NCBI GenBank assembly: GCA_027342785.1
Contig: DAHWPS010000115.1
Location: 7,052-71,051 of the forward strand
Reading direction: 5' to 3'
DNA length: 64,000 nt
Origin: Acidimicrobiaceae bacterium
Lineage (GTDB): Bacteria; Actinomycetota; Acidimicrobiia; Acidimicrobiales; RAAP-2
The position numbers were made by a program, and so were the translations under genes. The notes under the pieces are model-generated. The model was not told where the DNA came from, ran no database searches, and saw only the letters and a program-made list of their open reading frames with translations. The stretch's first letter is position 1. Every line of letters begins with the position of its first letter. Positions 25,950 to 35,321 of the stretch are shown here, piece after piece.

Positions 25950-27044
25950 TCAGCCTGCGAGGACTTCGGACATCTCGACCGCCCTGTGCTCGGCGATGGA
26001 TTGCTGCGCCGCCGCGCCGACGGCCACGCTCAGCAGGCCGTCGGCAAGGCTCACTTGTGCCGGCGTACCGCTGCGTATGGCGCTGAGGAAGTCCAGGTGC
26101 TCCAGATAGCTCGAGCCGTGGTGGAACCCCTCGTGCTGGATCCGGTCGTCGGTCGGCACCTCTTCGGTGACGCCCCATGGCCCGCGGGCCCGCTGACCGG
26201 TCCGCACGATGCCGGACGGGACGAAGGCCTCCACCTTCCCGAGGTCGCCCACGACGCTCAGCTCTTCCTGGTTCCTGCTTGCCTCGGCGAACATGCACAG
26301 GTCGAGCGACGCGCGGGCGCTCCCCTCGTACTCGACGATCACCATGGCGTTGTCGATGATGTCAGGCATCTCGCCTGTGTATCGCTCGTCGAGATGGTTC
26401 ACGTCCTGGGCGCCTGAGGCCATCACCCGGACCGGGTCACGTCCGATCACCAGGTTCATGAGGTCGAAGAAGTGGCAGCACTTCTCCACCAACGTCCCGC
26501 CCGTGTTGCGGTTGAAGCGGTTCCAGTTCCCGACTTTGGGCAGGAACGGGTAACGGTGCTCCCGGATGGCCATCATCCGGAGGTCGCCCACCACACCGTC
26601 TCTCACCCGGTCGATCAGCGCGGCGACCGGAGGGATGTACCTGTACTCGAGCCCGACCCAGGCGACACCCCCGAAGTCTTCGGCGGCGGCGACCACTTTC
26701 TCGCAGTCGGCCACCGTCGTGCACAGCGGCTTCTCCACCAGCACGTGGATGCCGGCAGCCAAGACGTCGAGGAGGACGGCGGCGTGGGTCATGTTCGGGC
26801 TGGCCACCACCACGGCGTCGCAGAGCCCCGACGCCAGGAGCTCACGGTGGTCGGAGAACATCTCAGGCACCGGCCGGCCGGCCATCTCCGCTGTCGAGCG
26901 CGCCGACTGGCGCGAGCCTTCGTCGGGGTCGGCCATCGCCGTCACCTCGACACCGTCGACGGCGCCGAGGTTCCGGAAGTGCTCCAGGCCCATCATGCCG
27001 GTGCCGATGATGCCGTAGCGGATGACGCCTGTGGGAGAGGACAT
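25950..27044 (-). CDS. Gfo/Idh/MocA family oxidoreductase
   Basis: From ATG 27044 it reads MSSPTGVIRYGIIGTGMMGLEH...VLVEKPL. This is the N-terminal Rossmann fold plus the EKP motif. Confidence 0.85.
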   Translation of the reverse strand: MSSPTGVIRYGIIGTGMMGLEHFRNLGAVDGVEVTAMADPDEGSRQSARSTAEMAGRPVPEMFSDHRELLASGLCDAVVVASPNMTHAAVLLDVLAAGIHVLVEKPLCTTVADCEKVVAAAEDFGGVAWVGLEYRYIPPVAALIDRVRDGVVGDLRMMAIREHRYPFLPKVGNWNRFNRNTGGTLVEKCCHFFDLMNLVIGRDPVRVMASGAQDVNHLDERYTGEMPDIIDNAMVIVEYEGSARASLDLCMFAEASRNQEELSVVGDLGKVEAFVPSGIVRTGQRARGPWGVTEEVPTDDRIQHEGFHHGSSYLEHLDFLSAIRSGTPAQVSLADGLLSVAVGAAAQQSIAEHRAVEMSEVLAG

Positions 27045-27190
27045 GGAGCGAGCGTAGTAGTGCGGTGGGTCAATATAGGGACATGAGCCACGTCGACGCG
27101 CCCGGCTCGTCGGCGCGCCAACCCCCCCGAGCAGGCGGTCGACCCCGAGTCGGTAACCGTTCGGACCAGGGTGGCGGCCGGCCAGCCGAT

Positions 27191-28426
27191 GTGGTGGCTG
27201 CAGCCCCTGCATCCCCTACCCAGCGATCGTCGCTGTTGATGTCGCGCTTCAACCCCAGCCGCGAGTTCATGAGCTGGATCTACCAGTTGAACGGGCGTCT
27301 CGACGCGTCCGCCCTCGCCCTCGCCCTCGACGACGTCGTCGCTCGGCACGAAATGCTCCGCGTGCGCTTCCTCGACCGCGGGCAGGGTCCCGAGCAGATC
27401 GTCACGCCGTTCCATCCCGGCGTGCTCGGGGTGGTCCGGCTCGACGACCGGCCGAAGCTCGAAGCGCTCACGACCGCGGTCCGAGCAGTCGAGATCGAGT
27501 ACCAGGACCTCTCACCGTGGGACGACGCGCGCCTCCAGGCCACCCTCTACGTCGTGGCCCCGAAGACCCACGTGCTGTCGGTCTGGGTGGCCGAGGCGGC
27601 GGTGGACGGGGACTCGGGCACGCTGGTCGCGGCCGAGATCTCGCGTGCCTACGCCGCCCATGCGGGACGGCCGGCCCCCGAGCTACCCGTGCCCGACGAG
27701 ACGAGCTACCTGCAATACGTCCTGGACTACCCGGTGACTTTTGCGGCCTTCGAGCGAGCTCGCCAATTCTGGGCAGGCGAGCTGCCGGCCAGAGCTGCTG
27801 CAGGGGAGTGGCCGACGGCGACTGGCGATCGCAGCATCACTCGGTTTTTCAACGTGCCCGGAGCGACATGGGATAGGCTTGTCAGGGCAACTCCAGCCCT
27901 GGCGACGATGCCGTACGTCGTGGTGCTCTCGTGGCTGGAGATCGCGCTGTGCGCGGTGGCCGGCGCCGAGGACTTCGTGGTGACGTCGGCGATGTCGAGC
28001 CGCCGCTTGCCGGTGACCAGGAAGATGATCGGAAATTTCGTCGGGCCGGTCCGACTGCGTGCCGAAGTCCACCCTGGTGAAAAGCTGGAGGACGTCTCAC
28101 CGAGGGTGATGGCTGCCCTTCGGGCCGCGATGACCCACGGCGTGGTGCCCGCCCCGCTCGCGGAGGCCGAGTCCGTCGGCCTCGACCGGTACGTGCCGCC
28201 TCCGCCGACGATCGGGTTCTACCTATTCGCCGAACGAGAAGGTCTCGATCTCGCCGGCGTGCGCCAGCGGCGGTTCCGGGTCCACACGGGCAACCGGGAC
28301 ATCCTCCGGGTGAATTGCACTCCGGACGGCGAAGGCGGGAGGAACTTCTTCTTCCTCTCGGCGTCAGCGTCTCCCGAGCTCCTCGACGCCCTCGTAGGGG
28401 AGCTCCGCTCGCAGATGGGCGTGTGA
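27191..28426 (+). CDS. stand-alone condensation-domain-like protein with degenerate active-site motif
   Basis: The C1/C2-like motifs SREFMSWIYQLNG and VVARHEMLRVRF are present. VAEAAVDGDSG occupies the position of the HHxxxDG motif. The start is uncertain (27065, 27191 or 27194). Confidence 0.55.
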   Translation: MVAAAPASPTQRSSLLMSRFNPSREFMSWIYQLNGRLDASALALALDDVVARHEMLRVRFLDRGQGPEQIVTPFHPGVLGVVRLDDRPKLEALTTAVRAVEIEYQDLSPWDDARLQATLYVVAPKTHVLSVWVAEAAVDGDSGTLVAAEISRAYAAHAGRPAPELPVPDETSYLQYVLDYPVTFAAFERARQFWAGELPARAAAGEWPTATGDRSITRFFNVPGATWDRLVRATPALATMPYVVVLSWLEIALCAVAGAEDFVVTSAMSSRRLPVTRKMIGNFVGPVRLRAEVHPGEKLEDVSPRVMAALRAAMTHGVVPAPLAEAESVGLDRYVPPPPTIGFYLFAEREGLDLAGVRQRRFRVHTGNRDILRVNCTPDGEGGRNFFFLSASASPELLDALVGELRSQMGV

Positions 28427-28501
28427 TCCGGCCTGCAGAGCCTCTCGACCACCCGCGCGACATCGAGCTCGTAACCTGCCCGGGGCGTTGCCGGGACGAG
28501 C

Positions 28502-31078
28502 TCAAGCGCGATCGGACGTCAGCCGGCATTCGATCGATCCAGGTCGGCTCGCCTGGATGACCACGGTGGTCTCGGCGGGCTCTGGCCCCGGGGTGACGAT
28601 CGCCACCGATCCACCTGTCACCGCGATCGACCCCGCCGGTGTGGTCGCAAGTGCGCCGGCGATCGCTCCACGCACGACCAGCTCGACCAGACCGGGCTGG
28701 GTGACGTGAAGAAGGAGCGTGATCGTCCCTCGCCCGTCGTCGAGGTGGCGGCCGATCAGTTCTGCCGTCGCTTGTACGAGGGTCCCGGCGGCACCGAGCG
28801 AGACCTCGACGGGCAGGAGCCGAGCTCCTCGACCCGGCATGGAGATGGAGTCCAGCAGCGCCGGGAGGGTCCGGTGCCCGAGTGCGCTCTGGCTGCGGCC
28901 ATCTCGGCTGCCGTTGGGCTCGCCGGTGCTACCGCTGCCGCTGCGCTCGCCAGCTCCGACGGGGGCGCCGGCAGGTGACGGACAAGGTCTGGTGTAGGTG
29001 GCGCGCGTGGCGGCCGGAGCGTCGACCGGGTTGACGACACAGACCAGCCCACCCGAAGGGCCGGCCATCTCGAACGCCGCGATCTGCGGGTCTGAGGAGG
29101 ACACTGCGCAGGAGGTACCGTCCCATTCGACGATGCGCCGGCACAGCGCCGCAGCTCCGGGTCCTCCATCGGGGTCGTAGCCCAAGCGGAACCCGATGAA
29201 GGTGATCCGGCCTTGCCCGAAGGGCTGAGTGCAGGCGCACGGACGCCCGTCCTCGGCAGAGAACGCCAGTGCTTCGCTGCCAGCTGGAAGGTCGAAGGAG
29301 GTGGCTCGCCCGATGCCGACGATCGTCCGACCGAGCTCGTCACGCACGAGAGCGGTTCCTGACATCCCCCCGGCAAATCCGGCGAACGCAGGCAGCTTGC
29401 CGCCTGGGAAGACAGCTCGAGCGAGCACGTCACAGGGTGCCATCGTGTCGTCACGCGTGGGCAGTGCCGGAAGGAGCACCAAGTGGCCGCCGCCGGCGGC
29501 GTAGTCGACGAGCCGCTGCTGCACCGGGGCAGCCAAGAAGTCCAGGCAACCAACCCAGCATTGGTGTGCTGCTTCGAGTGGGCTCGCCCTGTCGGCGATG
29601 TCGACGAGGTTCCAGCTGATGCTCGAGGTGGCGAGGAGGCTCTGCAGCCCGGCTGACGACGAGAGCCCCATCTCACCTTGGGGGAGCAGGGTCTGGAGCC
29701 CCCACGCGTCGAGGGCCAGAGCAGCTCCCCCCATCGAGGCCGCGTCATAGTCCAGGTGCACCCCGATCGAGACGTCGATGAGCGGGCGCATCTCGTGGAT
29801 CTCCGGCTCCATGGTTCGCATCACGCGGACGATCTTGGCAACGGTGTCGAAGTGAGGGCGGCGTTTGCCCTCGACGGAGATCGGAGCACAGATGTCGTAC
29901 TCCGACCCCGTCTCGTTCTCGAAGCCAGGAGGGTTCTTTCCTCCGACCATCATGTAGAAATTCATCCCGCGCACGCCTCGGATCGCAGTCAGGGCGTAGA
30001 GAAGCTCCATGGCACCAGGTGGGAGATAGCTGGCGTTTGACGACTGGATCTCCATGGCGACCGGTGGACCGTGATCGACGCCGCGCCACAGGTGGTACGC
30101 CTCGTGAGTGGAGATGACCGCCGCGATCTTTTCCTCGGCACCTGCGTACGACCCCATGAGTGAGAGGTAGCACTCGTCGGTCAAGTGGAGGTCGAGGTTC
30201 ATGCGATCTGCGAAAGAGGAGAACTTCTTGGCCTGGAGAGAGCTCAGATAGGGGTACAGCATCATGAGGCGGCCCACCATCCCCGCCCCTCTTGCCGTCT
30301 CGTAGCAGATGGCGACGTACCGGTTGATCTGGTCCAGCTTGAAGTCCAGCCAGTCCAGGTACCGGGCCAGCTCCCGCCCGTCGGACATGGGCTGGCGTGG
30401 GGGTTCGATGTCCTCGGGCCGGGACCATTCCGGGCGATCGTGGGCCGATGCCACTGCACTCATGGACCCGTGGCGTTCCAGGAGGAATTTCGCCCAGGGC
30501 GAGCCGCCTGCGACCGGGCTCACGAGAAGGGGGTGGTAGTCCAAGCTGAAAGGGTCACCCAGGCTCTGCCAGTACGAAGGCTCGTCATCGAGCTGGACGG
30601 CGCTGATGAAACCGCCGTGCTCGCACAAGCGATCGACGATTGCCTCGCAAGCAGTCCGGAGCCATGCCTGAGAGGTTTCGACGAACCTCGGATGGGCATA
30701 GGTGATGAGCGGGTAACCGCCCCCGTCGCTGACCGAGCCGCTGGCGTCGAGGGCTCGAATCGCCGGTTCCGAGTCGAGCAGCCAGTCCGGGATCCCTCCG
30801 TTGCGCCACTCGGCAGTGATGAACGGTCCGGGACGGTAGATGCACTGCAGACCGGCGCTGGCGATGGCGTCGAGCGCCCCGAGGAGATCCCTTTCGGGGA
30901 TGGTACGCCCCGTCAAGTCCAGCGTCGCCGGGTCAGGCTGGTGCCAATTCCACGGCACGTAGATGCAAGCGGTGTCCAATCCCGCGTCGGCCATCTGCGC
31001 CAGACGGTCGGCCCAGGCTGTGCGGGGGACCCGGAAGTAGTGGAACTCACCCGAGAACAGGCATGGCTCTTCGCTCAA
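28502..31078 (-). CDS. glycoside hydrolase family 35-like beta-galactosidase
   Basis: The N-terminus is SGEFHYFRVPRTAWADRL...VPWNWHQP...YRPGPFITAEWRNGGIPDWL, characteristic of GH35. 858 aa with extra C-terminal beta-rich domains. Confidence 0.75.
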   Translation of the reverse strand: MSEEPCLFSGEFHYFRVPRTAWADRLAQMADAGLDTACIYVPWNWHQPDPATLDLTGRTIPERDLLGALDAIASAGLQCIYRPGPFITAEWRNGGIPDWLLDSEPAIRALDASGSVSDGGGYPLITYAHPRFVETSQAWLRTACEAIVDRLCEHGGFISAVQLDDEPSYWQSLGDPFSLDYHPLLVSPVAGGSPWAKFLLERHGSMSAVASAHDRPEWSRPEDIEPPRQPMSDGRELARYLDWLDFKLDQINRYVAICYETARGAGMVGRLMMLYPYLSSLQAKKFSSFADRMNLDLHLTDECYLSLMGSYAGAEEKIAAVISTHEAYHLWRGVDHGPPVAMEIQSSNASYLPPGAMELLYALTAIRGVRGMNFYMMVGGKNPPGFENETGSEYDICAPISVEGKRRPHFDTVAKIVRVMRTMEPEIHEMRPLIDVSIGVHLDYDAASMGGAALALDAWGLQTLLPQGEMGLSSSAGLQSLLATSSISWNLVDIADRASPLEAAHQCWVGCLDFLAAPVQQRLVDYAAGGGHLVLLPALPTRDDTMAPCDVLARAVFPGGKLPAFAGFAGGMSGTALVRDELGRTIVGIGRATSFDLPAGSEALAFSAEDGRPCACTQPFGQGRITFIGFRLGYDPDGGPGAAALCRRIVEWDGTSCAVSSSDPQIAAFEMAGPSGGLVCVVNPVDAPAATRATYTRPCPSPAGAPVGAGERSGSGSTGEPNGSRDGRSQSALGHRTLPALLDSISMPGRGARLLPVEVSLGAAGTLVQATAELIGRHLDDGRGTITLLLHVTQPGLVELVVRGAIAGALATTPAGSIAVTGGSVAIVTPGPEPAETTVVIQASRPGSIECRLTSDRA

Positions 31079-31191
31079 CGCGCCGTCGCCTCTCTGCTGC
31101 GCACCGCCTCGGCCAGTCCGATGTGCATCAGGTCAAGCTAATCGATGGCCCGTCCTCCAAGCATGCCGAGGTCGGCCGTGTGGTTGCGTGG

Positions 31192-32094
31192 TTATGCGTC
31201 GCGTCGCACGAGCAGCCAACCGCCGAGGACGAGGACGACGACGGCGTACCCGCAGAGAATGGCAAAGCCGACCCACGGGCCGAACGTTGGCGCCTGAGCG
31301 GCTCGTAGGCCCACGTGGACCGTCATCATCCTTACCCCGATGACAGCGGGGAGGTACTTGGCGACCGCGTCGCTGATCGACGACGGGAGCGCCTCGACGA
31401 CGAGCGGAAGGATGAAGAGCACGCCAACGAACGTGCTGATCGCCCCGGCAGTGTGCCGGACGATCGTCGCGATGCCGAGGGCCAGCAGTCCGAGCACCGC
31501 AAGGTAGAGACCGCCTCCGGCGACTGCTCGCAGTACTCCGGCCTGGCTGAGGACGGCGTGTGGGGCGGATCCAGCGAGGATTGCCTGACCGATGAAGAAG
31601 GCGGCGAACGCAAGGACCTCGCTCACGACCAGTGCGACGACCGCGTACACCGCAGTCTTGGCGAGGAGCACGAGGAGCCGGTTGGGGACGGCTGCCAAGG
31701 TGGCGCGGATCGTGCCACTGCCGTACTCGGCGGTCATCACAAGGATGCCGAGGACGCCGATGGCCAGTTGACCGAGGAGAAGGCCGGTCAGACTGAGGCT
31801 CGTCGGGTCGAACGTCAGGTGCTGGAGCAAGGTCTCGTGCGACCAGCGGTCCGCTTCGGTCGCGGTGGCCAGGATGCCGATGCCGATCACGAGGATCGCG
31901 GTGACCACCAGGCTCCAGGTGGTGGATCTCACGCTCCGGAGCTTCGTCCACTCCGACTTGAGGACGCCCGAGAGGCGGTAGTGGCCCGGACGCTCTCCGT
32001 GCGCGGACGGAGTTGGATCTGAGCCGCTGCTTGCTTCGCCAACCCGTGGCTGGAGCTCATCGCCACCGGATCTCGAGTTCTCAGTGATGCTCAT
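31192..32094 (-). CDS. ABC-2 type transporter permease
   Basis: From ATG 32094, which forms an ATGA overlap with the ATPase stop. After a hydrophilic leader it has about 6 TM segments starting LKSEWTKLRSVRSTTWSLVVTAILVIG. Confidence 0.75.
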   Translation of the reverse strand: MSITENSRSGGDELQPRVGEASSGSDPTPSAHGERPGHYRLSGVLKSEWTKLRSVRSTTWSLVVTAILVIGIGILATATEADRWSHETLLQHLTFDPTSLSLTGLLLGQLAIGVLGILVMTAEYGSGTIRATLAAVPNRLLVLLAKTAVYAVVALVVSEVLAFAAFFIGQAILAGSAPHAVLSQAGVLRAVAGGGLYLAVLGLLALGIATIVRHTAGAISTFVGVLFILPLVVEALPSSISDAVAKYLPAVIGVRMMTVHVGLRAAQAPTFGPWVGFAILCGYAVVVLVLGGWLLVRRDA

Positions 32095-33065
32095 GGTCCC
32101 GTGAGCTCCAGCGGAGCCGTAGGATCGTGGTCGGGTCGGTCGTTGCGAGGAGCGGCTTCCATCCCCATCCCGTGGAACTCCACGCTTGTCCCCGTCAGCT
32201 CCATGAACACTTCTTCGAGGGATGCGCTGCGAGGCGTGAGCTCGTGCAAGACGATGCCCCCGGCGGCGGCGAGCTCTCCGATGACGTCGGCCGGCAGCCC
32301 GGTGACCCGAAGCGCGCCGTCCGCGTCGGTCACGGCCTGACCCCCGGCATCGTGGATCCTCTGGACCAGTTCGCCGGTGTTCGGCGTCCGCACCAGCACG
32401 TTGTGGTTGGAGCCGCGCGAGGTGAGATCGGTGATCGGCATATCGGCGATCAGGCGACCTCGCCCGATGACGACGAGGTGGTCGGCCGTGAGTGCCATCT
32501 CGCTCATGAGGTGGCTTGACACGAGGACCGTTCGGCCCTCGGCAGCGAGATGCCGGAGAAGGTTGCGCACCCACCGGATCCCCTCGGGGTCGAGGCCATT
32601 GACCGGTTCGTCGAACAGCAGCACACCGGGGTCACCGAGCAGAGCGGCGGCGATCCCCAAACGCTGGCCCATGCCGAGCGAGTACGTACCGGCCCGCTTG
32701 CGGCCAACGGTGGCGAGGCCGACAAGATCGATGACCTCGTCGATCCGCCGGCGGGGAATGTCATTGGTCTGAGCCAGGGAAAGGAGGTGGTTGAAGGCGC
32801 TCCGGCCGGGGTGGATGGCTTTCGCCTCGAGCAGCGCGCCGACCTCTCGGAGGGGCCAGGCCAGCTCGCGGTACGGCCGACCTCGGATCGTTGCCCAACC
32901 GGCGTCCGGGTTGTCGAGCCCCATGATCATCCGCATGGTGGTCGACTTGCCCGAGCCGTTCGGGCCGAGAAACCCGGTCACCTTGCCGGCGACGACCTCG
33001 AACGTCAAGTGGTCGACGGCCAGGGTCGGACCGTATCGCTTGACGAGACCGTTCAGCTCGATCAT
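32091..33065 (-). CDS. ABC transporter ATP-binding protein (ABC-2/DrrA-like exporter)
   Basis: Walker A GPNGSGKST, signature YSLGMGQRL and Walker B LLFDEPVNGLD are present. 324 aa with a C-terminal regulatory extension. Confidence 0.9.
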   Translation of the reverse strand: MIELNGLVKRYGPTLAVDHLTFEVVAGKVTGFLGPNGSGKSTTMRMIMGLDNPDAGWATIRGRPYRELAWPLREVGALLEAKAIHPGRSAFNHLLSLAQTNDIPRRRIDEVIDLVGLATVGRKRAGTYSLGMGQRLGIAAALLGDPGVLLFDEPVNGLDPEGIRWVRNLLRHLAAEGRTVLVSSHLMSEMALTADHLVVIGRGRLIADMPITDLTSRGSNHNVLVRTPNTGELVQRIHDAGGQAVTDADGALRVTGLPADVIGELAAAGGIVLHELTPRSASLEEVFMELTGTSVEFHGMGMEAAPRNDRPDHDPTAPLELTGP

Positions 33066-33298
33066 CGACCGCCCCTGCTCCTCGTTGTAGTGCCGCCCCT
33101 GCTCCGAGGCGTTCCCGGCCCCTCAGACGCGCCCTGGTGCGGCATGCGTCAGGTGGCTCTGCGGCGGACCGATCGGCGGAACGCTGCGTGTTTCAGCTTG
33201 CACCAGACCGTACCGCCTCGGCGAGATCGGACGGGCGCGTGAACCTGAGACCTTGGCAAGGACCGTGCAGGCGCGTACTCCCGAGCAGTAGAAAGGGC

Positions 33299-33612
33299 TC
33301 ACCGAGGGTTTGAGCGATCAATGGTGTAGTTCCGGTCGCCATGGAAGTCAGGCCGGTAACAACGGGCGAGATGGAGCTCCATACCTTGTGCTCGATTCGA
33401 TTGCACGTCGACGTACCGGGTGGGTAGTGGCAGGCCGTGATGTCGAGGCTGGTCTTTTTCGCGAGCTTGGCAAGCTCGAACTTCCACAGGTGCACGTGAT
33501 GGCCGTTCGATCCACGCCACCATGTGGTCGGTGATGGCGAAGCTCTCGCACACGAGCTCCGTGGCGAGCTTCGGGGTAGACTTCGACGTCCAGCACAGCA
33601 GCGACATCGGAT
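33299..33612 (-). mobile_element. degraded ISAzo13-family transposase remnant (internally deleted, frameshifted)
   Basis: Two minus-strand frames carry pieces that I recall from ISAzo13-type transposases: LLCWTSKSTPKLATEL, then HLWKFELAKLAKKTSLDITACHYPPGTSTCNRIEHKVWSSIS, then FHGDRNYTI. The catalytic middle part is missing and local GC is lower. Confidence 0.6.
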
Positions 33613-33631
33613 GTCCCCGAGCCCCGGGGTT

Positions 33632-33689
33632 CACCGGCTCGCACCGGCTCGCACCTGCTCGTACCGGCTCGCACCGGCTCGCACCGGCA
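33632..33689. repeat. 10-nt tandem repeat, about 5.8 copies (CACCGGCTCG)
   Basis: Read directly. It lies between the IS remnant and the stop of the thiolase-like gene. Confidence 0.9.
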
Positions 33690-33693
33690 CAGA

Positions 33694-35316
33694 TCAGGCC
33701 TGGGCGTGGTTCACTCCCTCGCGTACCACCAAGTGGACAGTCTGTCCGATGAGCTCCTCGCGCTCGGCTGCTGCCAGCATGCCCGGATCGTCCGCTCGGG
33801 CGTAGCAACGCGTCCCGTCGGCCAGGTTGCACACCAGCGGTGCCCAGGTCGCTGAGCCCTCCCGGTCATGGAGGACCGTGTAGGCCGCAACCGCGGCTGG
33901 CCCGTCTGCTTCTACGGTGATCGTGACCCGGCCTTCGGGATCGGTTGCCGGCTCCAGAACGCCGGCAGGCCCGGGCTCGAGGGCCGGTGTCCGGTCGCGC
34001 TCACGGTCCAGGTCTTGTGCCATGGCCCGGGGATCGGGAGGCGAGAGTCGTCCTGGCTGAGTGGACCACAATCCGTACGCGTGCTTGGTCATGTGCATCC
34101 CGACGCCGCTCACCAATCCGAACGCTCCCGCATCCGAGCGCAACCGCTCGGCCATCGCTGCGATCGAATGGGTCATGTAGTTGCTTCCCGGCCCGCCGTG
34201 GTACGGAAGTCCTCCAGTCACCGTCAACGGCCGCGCACCGTCCGTCACCATGTCGAGGTCGAGACCGAGGGCGTCGGCACCGAACGCCACGGAGCTCGGA
34301 AAGCACGAATAGAGGTCGAAGTGCGTGACATCTTCGGTGCGAATGCCGGCTCCCGCGAGGGCCGCCCTCGCAGCGACGGCCATCGCCGGGGAACGCCAGA
34401 GATCCCTGTGCTCTGCGACGTAGTCCGGGTCCCGGGCATTCCCCCAGCCGCGAAGGTAGACCCGTTGCTCAGGGGGCACCCCGAGCTCGTCGGCGCACTC
34501 GTGGCTGGCGAGCAGCAAGGCGGCAGCCATGTCCACGTCCATGATCGCCATCATGAGCTTCGTATAGGGGTACGCGACCATGCGGTTCGCAGCAGTCGGG
34601 GTGCTGAGCTCTTCTGCGTCACGACGGATCGGAAACCAGGCGTGCGTCGGATCGGCTGCGGCTGCGACGGTCATAGGTGCCATGAGGCGACCCAGCCAGG
34701 CCTGATGATCGTCCAGCGCTCGCCCCAAGTGGGCACGCCGGGCGCTGTCGAACAAGGAGAACGTGAGGTAAGCCTCGAAGATCGAGTGCGCCATCTCGGC
34801 CGGATGAAAGGGGATGTCGAAAGGAAACGGACGGCGCTCGGGCGCTTTGTGGGACCAGTCGGGCCGCCGACCCTCTTTGCGGATCTGGCGGACGGTGGCC
34901 AGTGCCTCGCCTCCGACCACGAGCACGAGGTCCAGCTCGCCGGCGAGGATGTCTGCAGCGGCTTCGGAGAGAAGCGTCTGGGGGATCGAACCACCGATTC
35001 CCGAGTAGTGGCCGCGCGCTCGAGTCGCGCCGATACGGGTGGCAAGTCTGCCGGCGGGGTCGTCGTAGTCCCAGGACTGGCAGTACACCACGTCGATGAG
35101 GTCGATCCTCTCGCGGACGCGGCCGTCGGAGCCGGTCCCGGCGTCCGCAGCCGCCGCCCGGGCAACGAGATCCCACATCTCCAAGGGTTCGGGTGCCTCT
35201 TGGCTCACACCGGGTCCGCCACCGGGTCCGCCACCGGGTCCGGCCCGCCACGTCTGCCGGCCTACGCCGATCAGGCAGGGGGCGCGGGGGTCGACGATCT
35301 GGCTCACCGTGGCCAT
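33694..35316 (-). CDS. thiolase-like protein with C-terminal OB-fold-like extension
   Basis: ATG 35316 lies 5 nt after the upstream ACAD stop. 540 aa. It has a thiolase-fold core (YCQSWDY...VGMHMTKHAY) and a tail (RVTITVEADGPAAVAAYTVLHDREG...GQTVHLVV) reminiscent of DUF35 OB folds. Confidence 0.65.
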   Translation of the reverse strand: MATVSQIVDPRAPCLIGVGRQTWRAGPGGGPGGGPGVSQEAPEPLEMWDLVARAAAADAGTGSDGRVRERIDLIDVVYCQSWDYDDPAGRLATRIGATRARGHYSGIGGSIPQTLLSEAAADILAGELDLVLVVGGEALATVRQIRKEGRRPDWSHKAPERRPFPFDIPFHPAEMAHSIFEAYLTFSLFDSARRAHLGRALDDHQAWLGRLMAPMTVAAAADPTHAWFPIRRDAEELSTPTAANRMVAYPYTKLMMAIMDVDMAAALLLASHECADELGVPPEQRVYLRGWGNARDPDYVAEHRDLWRSPAMAVAARAALAGAGIRTEDVTHFDLYSCFPSSVAFGADALGLDLDMVTDGARPLTVTGGLPYHGGPGSNYMTHSIAAMAERLRSDAGAFGLVSGVGMHMTKHAYGLWSTQPGRLSPPDPRAMAQDLDRERDRTPALEPGPAGVLEPATDPEGRVTITVEADGPAAVAAYTVLHDREGSATWAPLVCNLADGTRCYARADDPGMLAAAEREELIGQTVHLVVREGVNHAQA

Positions 35317-35321
35317 CCCGC

